Below are positions 31,690 to 44,400 of a stretch of 64,000 nucleotides of DNA, piece by piece. The notes beneath the pieces were generated by a model. That model searched no databases. It was not told the DNA's origin and saw only the letters and a list, made by a program, of their open reading frames with translations. The stretch comes from Candidatus Babeliales bacterium (GTDB lineage Bacteria > Babelota > Babeliae > Babelales > JANWKD01), in the NCBI GenBank assembly GCA_963722255.1, contig CAVRJO010000002.1:288001-352000 (forward strand), in the 5' to 3' direction. Position 1 is the stretch's first letter; each line of letters begins with the position of its first letter. The position numbers were made by a program, and so were the translations under genes.

Positions 31690-31700
31690 TAGAATCAACC

Positions 31701-31728
31701 AAAGGGCTCCTTTCAAGGGGGCCCTTTT
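31701..31728 (+). terminator. Rho-independent terminator
   Basis: AAAGGGCTCCTT-TC-AAGGGGGCCCTTTT. Confidence 0.7.
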
Positions 31729-31744
31729 ACCTATCCATAACTCT

Positions 31745-32287
31745 ATGAATACACCATCTTCTCTTTCATCTATAAAACTTATTATCGGATTAGGAAACCC
31801 CGGAAGACAGTATTATCATAATCGTCATAATATTGGATTTCGAGTTGTTGAGGAATTAGCTAAGCTCCATCATGGAACATTTAAAAAAGTTAATGATATG
31901 GAACTTGCCCAAATAACCGTGAATGGCAAGCCCTATTATTTAGTTATGCCACAAACATTTATGAACTCTTCGGGGAAAGTTCTTTCCTATTTTACCAAAA
32001 AAGGAATAACGGCTGAAAATATTTTGGTGGTGCATGATGAACTTGAGATACCATTTGGCAAAGTTAAATTTAAAATGGGCGGCAGCGCCAAAGGGCATAA
32101 TGGTTTAAAATCTATCATTCAACAGATTGGACCTGATTTTCCACGTTTAGCATTAGGTATTGGCCGGCCTCAAAATCGTGAAGATGTTCCTGATTATGTT
32201 TTAGAAAACTTTGAAGATTCATCTGCAACGCAAACTATGATTGATGAAGCAATTAGATCTCTTGAACATTCAATTTTTAACAAATAA
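31745..32287 (+). CDS. pth: Peptidyl-tRNA hydrolase
   Basis: GLGNPG, RHNIGF, TFMNSSG, VHDEL, GHNGLKS, YVL. Confidence 0.96.
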   Translation: MNTPSSLSSIKLIIGLGNPGRQYYHNRHNIGFRVVEELAKLHHGTFKKVNDMELAQITVNGKPYYLVMPQTFMNSSGKVLSYFTKKGITAENILVVHDELEIPFGKVKFKMGGSAKGHNGLKSIIQQIGPDFPRLALGIGRPQNREDVPDYVLENFEDSSATQTMIDEAIRSLEHSIFNK

Positions 32288-32422
32288 ACTAATCATCAAG
32301 GAGTTACGTATGCAATTAAAAAAAATATTCACTACTTTAGCAAAAATAGTTTTATATGTATTTGAAGCAATTTTTGCGATATGAACAACATATATTTCAT
32401 CAACTATAGAAAGAACATTACC

Positions 32423-33304
32423 ATGCGCTTCTTGCTTTTCACCCTCTTTTCAATTCCATTTTTACCTTTATATACAATGGAACCAGAACTGCATAAAGAA
32501 CTTGTTGCTAAAATTCTTTTAGATACTGTTAATCCACAAGATTCACTGGTAATTACTTTAAGGAATTGCCATGCAATAATGCGCACTCACAGTTCCTTTA
32601 AAGAAATCATACAAAGCGATGCTTCCATTGAGCATATTGCTTCACTCTATACTGCAGAAAAACCACTCATTGCTTTATTATTAGGTAATGATACAGAACA
32701 AAAATATAAAGAAAAAAAAGAACTCATTACATCGTATAAAGAAAAAGAAGATATTGTTAATAATTTTCAATATTGGCTTACTGGAGATGAACGGTATATT
32801 TCAAACCTTAAATTCCATGAAGCAGGCATTTTAATAGTGTTAAAATATCAATTACCTTATAACAAGCAGCGTGGATTAAGAACTGCACTTCATGAAAACA
32901 AAGGCAAAGCCGCAGAAGTTTTGCTTGATTCTCTTAAAGTACCTTTAGCAGCACCATACGACACAAATAAGGCTCTTTTAAAAGTTACTAAAAAATGTGC
33001 TTATTCATGTATTGCACTACTTATAAAGCATGGAGCAAATCCAAATCTTAAAGATGAAAATGACAATACTCTCTTATTTAATACAATACTAGGTTATATA
33101 AGAAATAGAGATACACGGGACATGTATACAGAAAAAGTAACTTCAGAAAACATACTTGCCGTATTACCACTCTTAACTAATGAATACACTATAAATTTGC
33201 CTAATAATGATGATGAAGCCCCATTAACGCTAGCAAATAAATATGCACCAGAGCTTGTTGAATTTCTTAAACAACATGGCGCAGAAGATTGGATGTTACA
33301 ATAA
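32423..33304 (+). CDS. Exported protein with N-terminal F-box-like motif and C-terminal ankyrin repeats
   Basis: Signal ...PLYT-MEPELHKELVAKIL; LLIKHGANPNLKD, EAPLTLA. Confidence 0.75.
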   Translation: MRFLLFTLFSIPFLPLYTMEPELHKELVAKILLDTVNPQDSLVITLRNCHAIMRTHSSFKEIIQSDASIEHIASLYTAEKPLIALLLGNDTEQKYKEKKELITSYKEKEDIVNNFQYWLTGDERYISNLKFHEAGILIVLKYQLPYNKQRGLRTALHENKGKAAEVLLDSLKVPLAAPYDTNKALLKVTKKCAYSCIALLIKHGANPNLKDENDNTLLFNTILGYIRNRDTRDMYTEKVTSENILAVLPLLTNEYTINLPNNDDEAPLTLANKYAPELVEFLKQHGAEDWMLQ

Positions 33305-33365
33305 ATCAATAATCATTTCGGAAGTCCTGTATCAAGTTTTTTTTAATTTAATGCGAAATCTTCAC

Positions 33366-33866
33366 ATGCAAAAAAATAAATTCATACTTTTTTTCACAAT
33401 CATATTTTTATCTACATTATCGGTTCGATCTATGGAACAACCCGAGTTGCCAAGTGAGCTCATTGCTCATATTCTAATCACTAGTCAGGATTCTCTTCCA
33501 TTGGCAATAAAAGTATCAATTGCTTTTAGTCAATGTAGCCATGAATCACGAGACATTGTTCATAGTGAGCATTTTACCTCTCAAGTTGCATCAACCTACA
33601 ATGCTGAGAAATCTTTGATTGCCCTTTTACTAGGAAATTATGGATTACCAGAATATCAAGAAAAAAAGAAGTTGCTCGATACCTATAAAGAAGCAAAAGA
33701 TACAACTGAACTTATCAACAATGATAATTGTCTTTTTGAAACAGATGAAGAACATTGGTTTTTTAAAAATAATGAAGTTAGATTGATTTTAACAATGTAT
33801 ACAAATCAACCTAACTATCTTTATCTAAAATCAAATATGTATCTTTATCTTTATTTAGTCTCTTGA
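33366..33866 (+). pseudogene. Truncated paralogue of 32423..33304
   Basis: MEQPELPSELIAHIL, QDSL and YNAEKSLIALLLGN align; ankyrin half is absent and the frame ends in TATCTT repeats overlapping the convergent gene. Confidence 0.6.
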
Positions 33867-34633
33867 AGCTCTTTACGAACCTCTTCTAGGCTCAAATTAT
33901 TTGTTTCCCAAAGAGCCGGATGATCCTTCATTTCTGTTAGCATGGTCTCAATCTTTTCTTGCTCTTCTTGAGTTCGTTGATCAAAACCTCTTTTCCAAAG
34001 AGCTACCATTTTTTCATTTGAATCAATAGCAACTGTTTTTGTATTAGCGCATCGCGCGGCAGTTGATTCAGCAAAATATTTTATAAAAGCTTTATAACAT
34101 TCAGGATTATTCTTTTTTAGATCATTCAATTTTTCAAGAGGCAAAATAGTATTGATAAATGGATCAAGACTTATCATGCCATCTTCTACTATAGTTCTGT
34201 TTCTCTCCGTTTTCAAGTGTTGCTCAAATGCTTCAAGAGGTTCATAAATCTCTTGAGGCATTTTTTCTTTGTAACGGCCCAGTATATCTTCGTCATCATG
34301 ATAAAGTTCTTTTCTATTCATATATACGGAATCATACCTTAATATATATATCACAGGATCAAATTCATAATATTCCATAGTTTCTTGAACCAAAGCCATT
34401 TTTGATTCTTCTAACTCTAAACATGAATCTTGCTTATTGTTAATGTGACATTCTTGTGCCAAAAGTATTTCTTCTCTTTCTCTCAACGGAATCCTGCGCA
34501 TAAATTTTTCAAAAGCAGATGCATGTTTTTTTAATGCATCTTTTTCTCCTTTTGTTAAGGTGCAAGAGATATCCTTAATAAAAAGATTACCTGCACTTAT
34601 AAGAATGAAAACATTTAATAAAAATTTTTTCAT
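33851..34633 (-). CDS. Hypothetical exported helical protein
   Basis: 260-aa ORF with signal-like N-terminus. Confidence 0.7.
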   Translation of the reverse strand: MKKFLLNVFILISAGNLFIKDISCTLTKGEKDALKKHASAFEKFMRRIPLREREEILLAQECHINNKQDSCLELEESKMALVQETMEYYEFDPVIYILRYDSVYMNRKELYHDDEDILGRYKEKMPQEIYEPLEAFEQHLKTERNRTIVEDGMISLDPFINTILPLEKLNDLKKNNPECYKAFIKYFAESTAARCANTKTVAIDSNEKMVALWKRGFDQRTQEEQEKIETMLTEMKDHPALWETNNLSLEEVRKELQETK

Positions 34634-34707
34634 AATATCCCTGAAAAAAAAATATTGTTTAAAACATTAGTAATATCTTGATAATAGTATAATTTAAAAA
34701 AAATAAA

Positions 34708-35703
34708 TCAATGTTCAAAAGTATGTTCTACTGATTCATTGAAAAAATTATCATGTATACTAAGCGATGAAACATCAATCAAATGATATTTATGCTTTTT
34801 TAATAAGTTTGCAATATCTAAATATCTTAGACTTTTTGCATGCTTTAATGGCTTTCTTCCACAATATCTCTTATCTTTATCAGCACCATAATTAAGCAAT
34901 AGTTGAACAGTGGCAAGGTCGCCATTCTGTATAGCGCTTATTAATGGTCTTGGTTCATCTATATCCTCATAAAAGGGACCTCTAATTTTACTATAATCAT
35001 CAACCGCAGCACCATGCTCCAAAAGAAGTTTAACAAGAGCATAATATCCCCCTTTTGTTGCCGCATCCAAAGGACGAACATCGTAAGGATCTTCAACGTT
35101 CATTGGAGCTCCAGCGTCAAGAAGCCATTGTACCATTTCTATATGACCTCGTTTGCTGGCTAACGTCAAAAGATTATTTGTATCACGATTTCTTCCTTGA
35201 TAATAGAGATATTGGTCAACAAAGAATTTTTTCACATCTTTTGCAGTATCCAAAAAAAACTTCACGATGTTTTTATGACCATTAAATATCGCGTATCCTA
35301 TTGAACTATGACCAAACAGATCTTTTTGGTATACATCTGAACCTCTAGCAATAAGAAAAGTAACCATTTCTAAATTCCCACCTTCAGCAGCAACCATCAA
35401 AGCTGTTTTACCCCAATACGATCTTTGATCAATTTCAACACCTTGATGTATTATAAATTCGATTATTTCAGAAAATCCCATTTTTGCTGCTTTATGAATT
35501 GGATAATGTCCCTTTTTAGCCTCTTTGAGAAGCGTAGGAGAATGCCATACTAAAGTTTTTAGCTCTTCACAATTTCTCTGTTTAATTGCATGAAAAACAT
35601 CATTGACAGTTCTTCCTTTTTTAATGGTACACGACTCTTCCATTGCATGAGATAAAACAATACCATTTGCCATCATTAGTAAAGCAAGACATCTATACAT
35701 CAA
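34708..35703 (-). CDS. Exported ankyrin repeat protein
   Basis: PIHKAA, GKTALMVAA, LLTLASKRG, RPLDAA, RPLISA; AGGAG RBS; signal ...LSHA-MEE. Confidence 0.92.
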   Translation of the reverse strand: MMYRCLALLMMANGIVLSHAMEESCTIKKGRTVNDVFHAIKQRNCEELKTLVWHSPTLLKEAKKGHYPIHKAAKMGFSEIIEFIIHQGVEIDQRSYWGKTALMVAAEGGNLEMVTFLIARGSDVYQKDLFGHSSIGYAIFNGHKNIVKFFLDTAKDVKKFFVDQYLYYQGRNRDTNNLLTLASKRGHIEMVQWLLDAGAPMNVEDPYDVRPLDAATKGGYYALVKLLLEHGAAVDDYSKIRGPFYEDIDEPRPLISAIQNGDLATVQLLLNYGADKDKRYCGRKPLKHAKSLRYLDIANLLKKHKYHLIDVSSLSIHDNFFNESVEHTFEH

Positions 35704-35723
35704 CTCTCCTTACTTATATTTAA

Positions 35724-35963
35724 TCAATGCGTTAAAACAACCGTTGCTTCTTCACGTGTAATGTGCAATATCCCACCGGGAATAGTTGTAGATTCTTCTT
35801 GTCCATTTTGAAGACAATATACGAGCGGTTTATTTGGGGAAAGGATAAGAATCATTGGTGCATGCCCACGTTGCATCACAAAATTACCCTCGGGAGTATT
35901 GACCTCTAACCACGCAATGTCAAACGATTTTTTATCAGAGATACTTACCATAAAAAGCTTCAT
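35724..35963 (-). CDS. atpC: ATP synthase F1 epsilon subunit (beta-sandwich domain only)
   Basis: Follows atpD; TPEG...GHAPMI, GGILHI. Confidence 0.8.
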   Translation of the reverse strand: MKLFMVSISDKKSFDIAWLEVNTPEGNFVMQRGHAPMILILSPNKPLVYCLQNGQEESTTIPGGILHITREEATVVLTH

Positions 35964-35964
35964 A

Positions 35965-37449
<1,485 letters not shown>

Positions 37450-37639
37450 TTATTTAATGCTAGTTTAACATTATCAAATTGTAAAGGTTAAGCTCTACAT
37501 TACTATATTCTTAGTTTTTTGTAACAAATGAAAAATAATTAATACGTATTGTATACTATTTCTCTTGTAATTTGAATGACAATAATCTTATCATTACAAT
37601 GTATTACTCAATAAAAATCTATGCAAAGCGTGAGGCTTT

Positions 37640-39124
37640 ATGAAAATTGTAACTATACTTATAAGTATATCCTTGTTTTCTTGTACAATTTTGTATGCCC
37701 CCGATAAACAAGAAAAACAGAAGAATGCTCAACCGGTCTCAAGCAATGAATTTGAACAAATTATTTTTCAATGGACAAAATCTTTTGCCGAGGTGGTTCA
37801 TATAATACATAAAAAATATCATGAACAAATAAACCCCGAGAAAGCGATGATTAATGCAATAAATGCTTTTGTCTCCACGTTAGATCCACACTCAAGCTTT
37901 ATGGATCCAAAATCCTATAAAGAAATTATTGAAACAACACAAGGAGAATTTTTTGGTATTGGTGTGATTATCGATAATATGAAAGAAGCTGAACAAGAAT
38001 TTCTTAAAATAATTGATACCATTCCTTCAGGTCCGGCTGATAAAGCGGGAATTAGAGCAGATGACATGATCGTTCAGGTCAATGATGATTCTTTAAAAGG
38101 ACTTACGGTCGAAGAAATTATTGCTAAGTTAAAAGGAAAACGCAATACACCGGTAACCATAAAAATCAAAAGGGGAAATAATCCCGAACTCCTCTCCTTT
38201 ACCGTTAACCGAGACATTGTCAAAGAACAAGATGCTCTTTGCTACTATTTCAAAGACAATAGTATCTATTATTTGTCCTTACGATTATTTACAGAAAACT
38301 CGGTTAAACAGCTTGAACAACTGTTAAAAAAGTGCCAATCACAACATTCTAAAGGACTTATTCTAGATCTTAGGAATAACTCTGGAGGGCTCCTTAATGC
38401 TGTAATTGATATTGCAGGCCTTTTTTTACAAAAAAATAGCGTCGTTGTTATCACACAAGAACGCGATAAGCGTATTGAATACAAGACAACAAGGGACCCA
38501 ATCGATATTGGCGACATACCTGTTTTTATAATCATTAATAACTTAACGGCGTCCGCAGCAGAAATATTAGCAGGTTGCTTACAGATTCATTCCGATACAA
38601 CAAAAACTAGCCAAAAAAATAATAAAAACCCAATGGTCTTTCTTATAGGAAGTAAAACATTTGGAAAAGGTTCTGTTCAAGAAGTAATACCCATTCCAAA
38701 TGATTGCGCAGCAAAAGTTACAACAGCGTTATATTATTTGCCTAACAATAGTTCTATTCAAAGTATTGGTATTCAGCCGGACTTTGCCATTGAGCAACGG
38801 TTTGCACCGACAAAAGAGATGCAATGGTTCAATAAATTTTTTGGCTATGAAAGCAGTTTGAAAAATGCCATAAAAAACAAAAACAGCGCTGAAGCAAATG
38901 AGACGAAAGCCAAAGATGAAAAAGAAAAAACATGGCAAGAAAAGAAACAAGAACAAATTGGCAGTGATTATATTATTTTAAGTACACTACGTTTAATTGA
39001 AATGTTTACCATGACAAAAAAAGCTTTCCCTCAACTAGTTTCAACACGAAAAGATAGTATTGAATTTTTAAAAAAAAATTATGTAGCAAGCGATACAATT
39101 GCTATGGAAGAAATTACTATTTAA
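37640..39124 (+). CDS. ctpA: S41 C-terminal processing peptidase with PDZ domain
   Basis: LDPHS, GIGV, LDLRNNSGG, TASAAE, TFGKGSVQ. Confidence 0.92.
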   Translation: MKIVTILISISLFSCTILYAPDKQEKQKNAQPVSSNEFEQIIFQWTKSFAEVVHIIHKKYHEQINPEKAMINAINAFVSTLDPHSSFMDPKSYKEIIETTQGEFFGIGVIIDNMKEAEQEFLKIIDTIPSGPADKAGIRADDMIVQVNDDSLKGLTVEEIIAKLKGKRNTPVTIKIKRGNNPELLSFTVNRDIVKEQDALCYYFKDNSIYYLSLRLFTENSVKQLEQLLKKCQSQHSKGLILDLRNNSGGLLNAVIDIAGLFLQKNSVVVITQERDKRIEYKTTRDPIDIGDIPVFIIINNLTASAAEILAGCLQIHSDTTKTSQKNNKNPMVFLIGSKTFGKGSVQEVIPIPNDCAAKVTTALYYLPNNSSIQSIGIQPDFAIEQRFAPTKEMQWFNKFFGYESSLKNAIKNKNSAEANETKAKDEKEKTWQEKKQEQIGSDYIILSTLRLIEMFTMTKKAFPQLVSTRKDSIEFLKKNYVASDTIAMEEITI

Positions 39125-39447
39125 TTGATAAAATATAGTTTTATCATCGTTAGTAAAAATTCAATTTTTGACGATTTCTGTAACGTGAATTTCTTGTGTA
39201 TGAGGCGGGTAGTTATTCGTTAAAACAAAAATAACCAACAATACAATTGTTGACCCCAAAGAGATAGCTATTCGATATTTATTTTTTTTACACATATAGA
39301 TACAATTACGAATTATTATTCAGCAATTATAGCCATTTTACCAAAACACCCAAAAATTGTCAAAATTTCACAAACCCCTTTAATATATTTGACTATTACA
39401 TATATTGTTTAATATGATTTGTAATAATAATTACAATATGAGGATAT

Positions 39448-41478
39448 ATGAGCACGCTAAAGATTTTTTTATCACTGATAATCATACCTGTTACTCTACT
39501 TTGTAAACCACCTATAGAAGAACTGGTTAAAATTCATACACCTTTTGTCTTCAATAATCATTTTTATTTAAGTCCTTTACACGGTGCAATAGGAGCAGAA
39601 GGGAATTTATTAAAAAATATGTGGCTCTATTATGATACTAAAAGTTCAATGGTCAAACTCCTTAAAACACTCTTTGTCGTTGAAGAGGGTGATGAATTTT
39701 CAGCAACGTCGTATCAACCATATTGCAGGTTTACACCCTTAACAATTGGCATGCTTGTTTCACATGCTTACGACAAAACCTTATTCAACGAAGATGAAAA
39801 TAATAATAGTCTTATCATTAAAGAGCTAAGGGAAACCTTCAAAGGACCCAAAAATCCAAATCGAGTGCAAAAACTTCTTACGCTCATTAAAAAATCACTA
39901 CAAGAAGAAGATACTGCACTATTTCCAAAAGGAACAACCTTTCAAATTTTATTAGCATTTTTGTATTTACAAGCAAATTCAACTGATGATCTTGAACAAT
40001 ACACTACATATCTTTCTCAGTATTTTGATCTTAATTCAGATTGCAGGGAACCAAAAACTACGCATAGTCAATCACCTTTAATGCATCAAATTTTGCACAT
40101 GTCACCTGAACAGATAATAACTCAAAAACTGACCGAAAAAATGGTTGCGCTTCAAAGACCGCCAACTCTTTATTGGAAAAGAAATGTTTCATATAATGAG
40201 AATAAACCTATCTCGGATTGTTGCGAAACCGCAATCCGAGAAATTATTAATCTTCTATTATTTGATCCTCAAACAAAAAATTTTGATATCTCACGACTAC
40301 CAAGAAAAATAGGACAAAAGCTACCTTTTCCGATAATCGAATTTTATCAAACACACAATAGTGGCACAATGTCTAATGATGTCAATAATCTTCAAAGTCA
40401 CCGAGATTGGATGCATGTTGTTACCAATCTACCTTCTATAATGTATAGGCAAGAAGATCACGAAATCGATCCTAGTCTACTCAATATCATGTCTTGTCTT
40501 TCTATGATTTGTGGGATGAAAATTAATAAGAATAAATTCTTAACTAAAAAAATGTTCATAAAAAAAATTTGTAAAAAGCTATCAAATCCAGCACTCTATA
40601 TCATTGATGTAGAAAATATTTTTAATGGTAACAGTAATGCAGTTGATATTCTTTTTAAACTATCCTATACACAAGATAGCAAAATCCCGTTTCATTCTTT
40701 TACGCTCCATATAAGAAAAGATCATGCGTGGATCAATCATATAGCAGCAAAACAGAATAGTTCTTGTTCATTAATAGAATATGGATCAATGCCTGTCTCA
40801 TTAGATTATCTAACTGCAGAACGAATCAAAGAAAGATTGCAGGATACCCATGAATTTCATCCCGCATTACATGATCTTTCCACCTTGTATGCATCATATA
40901 TAGTAGATAACTCTTGCCTTACTCATCACTTTCATAAGGCAATGTTATTCAGCCTTGATACTGATTCAAACCTTCAAAAATACCAATGCTTTAGAAGATT
41001 ATTAGCCTATTATAATCAATCAGCAGACCCTGATGCCTATGCATATATACTTGGAATTTTAAAATCCCTTTCAAATTCTTTTAGATTGGGACAATGCTTT
41101 CAACAATTATTGTATAAGCATCATACAAAACCTGAAGTAAAAAAAATTGTAGAAGAAAAATATTCATTACTTACTAGAGCTGATCAACAAAGCTTAATGC
41201 TCTGTTGTGCACAAAAAAAATTATGGCAAGATGAAACTTATAGAAACATCATTTTGGCAATTCTTATGAGTCTTAATAACTATGCATCAAGTGAACAGCT
41301 ATTTTTTGATAATAAAATTTTTACCTTACGACAACTTATACTCTGTGATGCTCAAAAAGATCCAACAATAAAAATTGCACTAACTATTCTTATCAATGGA
41401 TTAACACCCAAAAAACGATTGTTGCGTTTCCAAAAAAGCTTAGCTTATGCCGAAGATAATCAAAGGTTTTATTCCTAA
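39448..41478 (+). CDS. Large exported hypothetical protein with DCCET motif
   Basis: 676-aa ORF, GAGGA RBS, signal peptide. Confidence 0.75.
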   Translation: MSTLKIFLSLIIIPVTLLCKPPIEELVKIHTPFVFNNHFYLSPLHGAIGAEGNLLKNMWLYYDTKSSMVKLLKTLFVVEEGDEFSATSYQPYCRFTPLTIGMLVSHAYDKTLFNEDENNNSLIIKELRETFKGPKNPNRVQKLLTLIKKSLQEEDTALFPKGTTFQILLAFLYLQANSTDDLEQYTTYLSQYFDLNSDCREPKTTHSQSPLMHQILHMSPEQIITQKLTEKMVALQRPPTLYWKRNVSYNENKPISDCCETAIREIINLLLFDPQTKNFDISRLPRKIGQKLPFPIIEFYQTHNSGTMSNDVNNLQSHRDWMHVVTNLPSIMYRQEDHEIDPSLLNIMSCLSMICGMKINKNKFLTKKMFIKKICKKLSNPALYIIDVENIFNGNSNAVDILFKLSYTQDSKIPFHSFTLHIRKDHAWINHIAAKQNSSCSLIEYGSMPVSLDYLTAERIKERLQDTHEFHPALHDLSTLYASYIVDNSCLTHHFHKAMLFSLDTDSNLQKYQCFRRLLAYYNQSADPDAYAYILGILKSLSNSFRLGQCFQQLLYKHHTKPEVKKIVEEKYSLLTRADQQSLMLCCAQKKLWQDETYRNIILAILMSLNNYASSEQLFFDNKIFTLRQLILCDAQKDPTIKIALTILINGLTPKKRLLRFQKSLAYAEDNQRFYS

Positions 41479-41484
41479 AATTCA

Positions 41485-44400
41485 TCAATTTTTTGAATAC
41501 ATCTGATATGACCAAAATAAAGCCATTATGCCAATAAGAACTGAACCCATCAATCCTCCCAATAAAGCACCCGGATATGCATCAAATACCATCAAAGGAA
41601 TTGAATTAGAAATTTTTATTGTTGCTATGATCCAAGGAATAGCAACTCTTAAATTTCTCAATGCATAATAATAAAAAATCCATATAACTACTCCCCAAAG
41701 TATGCCTATACCTATTAATGCCCCTATTGGCATAAAATCAGGTACATCAAGCATAATAAGACCAACTATAAGTAAAAATGGTACTGCTACCCATCGATAC
41801 TTATTGTTACACTCAACAACATAATTTAATGCAGTAAAAATAATGAGAGCAAGCATAGTATACTCTATATAGTTACTCAGCATACTCAATGATTGGCTTA
41901 ACCAAGGCAGATATGCAGCAGCATAGGTAATGGTAGGCCATTGGGGATTTATATGTGGAAGCATATATTTAACTAATGAAAAAAATCCAATCTCAATCAC
42001 ACCTAATCCAATTCCCATACCAATATACTGCGCAAATGGTAGATCCACTTGAGGCGATTTAAAACATTTTTCATGTAAAAAACCAACAACTAATCCATAA
42101 AGTATTGCAGTAAATAGTGCATATACAACCCAAAATAAGATAACGTACCATGCTTGGTGACTAAAGGGTTGACTTGTATTGAAATAAGCTATAGCAGTTG
42201 GCCAAATATTAATCGCTTGTATCAAAGATTTCAAAAGCAGTGTCAACGTAATTACGAGAAACATCTTGAAAGAAAAATGAATTGATTTGAGCGAAAAACC
42301 AAGAATAACTGCGCTTGCACACATAATAAGAAGCATGAACAATAGAAATTTGACTGTTTCTAATAAAGAAATAAGAGCAGTTTCATCTTTAAACGATCTA
42401 TCCCATTGCTCAGGAACAAAAATAAAACGAGAAGCATCAACTACATTCTTACCTGCTACTTCAATGGCAATACGTGCTTGGCCCAATTCTAACTTTTGAC
42501 GCAGATCATTAAACAAAAATTTCCAATCAACACGTTGTGGTCGCTGTATTGGAACAACTAATATTTCTGAAAGATCCTGTTTGCTCAACTTATAGGTATG
42601 TTCAATATACCTATATGCAACCTCGAGAGCTTCTTGTTTAGATAAAGATTCTAAGAAATAATTTTCAGGATATTGATGATGAACTCTTCTTACTATTGGT
42701 TCCTTTTTACTTCCATCAATAAATAACTCATATTCTTCACTACGCTCCTCTATAGTTCCGTCAAAGCGAACTAAACGTACTTTAAATACGACTGGCATCA
42801 AATAACTAGTTAATAGTTTTTTGTAAACATCGTGACCAAATTTTCTCCATATATAGATATGTTGATTACGTTCTTTTAAATCGAGCGGAATCTCAATACC
42901 AACTAAAGATGTCCATGGGTAATTGCCAACAGTATTCACCTTTTGAGCAATAGAGATTGCATCGCTACGATTAAGCGATAAAGGAGTTGTATCATAGCTC
43001 CAACGTGTAGTTGCAAACCATATACATAAACCAAAAAAACCCACTATAAGAATGCATATCTTTTTTCGTAGTGACCAAGAAACCTTCAAACTTTCTTTAA
43101 CAACAACCGTTTCTCTTTGAGGAGTATACGAAGGCTTCCATGCACCATTATAAAAATTAGATGGTAACTGAATCCAAGCCTTTTGCTGTAATCTCCTGAA
43201 AATAACGAAGAGCAAGGGTACTAAGCTAAGGATGACAATCATACCTTTATCAAGAAGAATCGAAGAAGCATGAGATATAAAAATTGGAAGCGAAAACCAT
43301 ACTACATCAAAGACAAAATGTGAAATTATTGTAGGCAAAAGGCCATACCATATATAGGTCAATCCAAATATAAACGAAGGAATTATAAGTTCTATTAAAC
43401 GAGCATACGCTGGTTGAGCCGGATAGTTGGCATGTGCAGCACCAAAAATTATTGCCTGAAGAATCAATGCAATGCCAATAAATAAATTTCTTTTACCAAA
43501 TCTATTTCCTAATAATGCTGCACCAGCTAAAGGAATTGCTCTAAAAAGGCATTCCTCAAGAAATCCAGCACTTAAAGATAAGGCAATTGGCGAAACCCAT
43601 GGAAGATATGTTGCTAAAGCGTTAGGATTATAAAGTGCATCAGAAGGAGACCACCAACCTAAATATTGAAAAGCCAAATAATAGAAGCCAATAGCATAAG
43701 CCAGGTCTATTCCCAGAAGCAAGTACCCACCTAAAGTCCTACCAAAAATTTGTACTGAAGCACCCGCTAAAGGAGACCATACTTTCCATAATTGAATTTT
43801 CTTTGGAAAAGCTTTACGTGTTAATCCTTCTGCCACCATAATGAGAAGTAAACTTGCACTAATAAACATGAAGAAATGAAAGATAATCTTTATGATGATA
43901 TTGCCAATAAATTGCTGCATAGAAACTGCAGTATCATACTCAAACCAATAAAAAGGTATCTGATTTATATCATGTATTACTTGCAAAGAACCAATAAAGA
44001 ATGCACACACTAAAGGCCATTTAAATTCTAACCATGACCATCGTGATAAGAAAAACAAACCTAAAAAACAACCACAAAAAACATATAAGATAATCACGAG
44101 TATTAATGCTATAAATGCAATAAAATTATTTAATGATCGCATTTCTTCATATTTTCTTGTAAATCGTTCGGGAATTTTCACTGAAAGCTTTAATTCAGTT
44201 AATCGATCGCCTTTTAAAACAAGCCTCAATCGATAAGGCGCTTCTCCCACCTTTTTATCAACTCTTTCAAAAACAAATGTATGATCAATCCGACCTTTTG
44301 ACGTAGTTTCTTGTCCTGATTCAATAATTTTATAGTTACTAAAATCAATGCCCCAATTAGTTTGTGCTTCGTACATTGCTTTTTCTTGTGCTTCTTGAGA

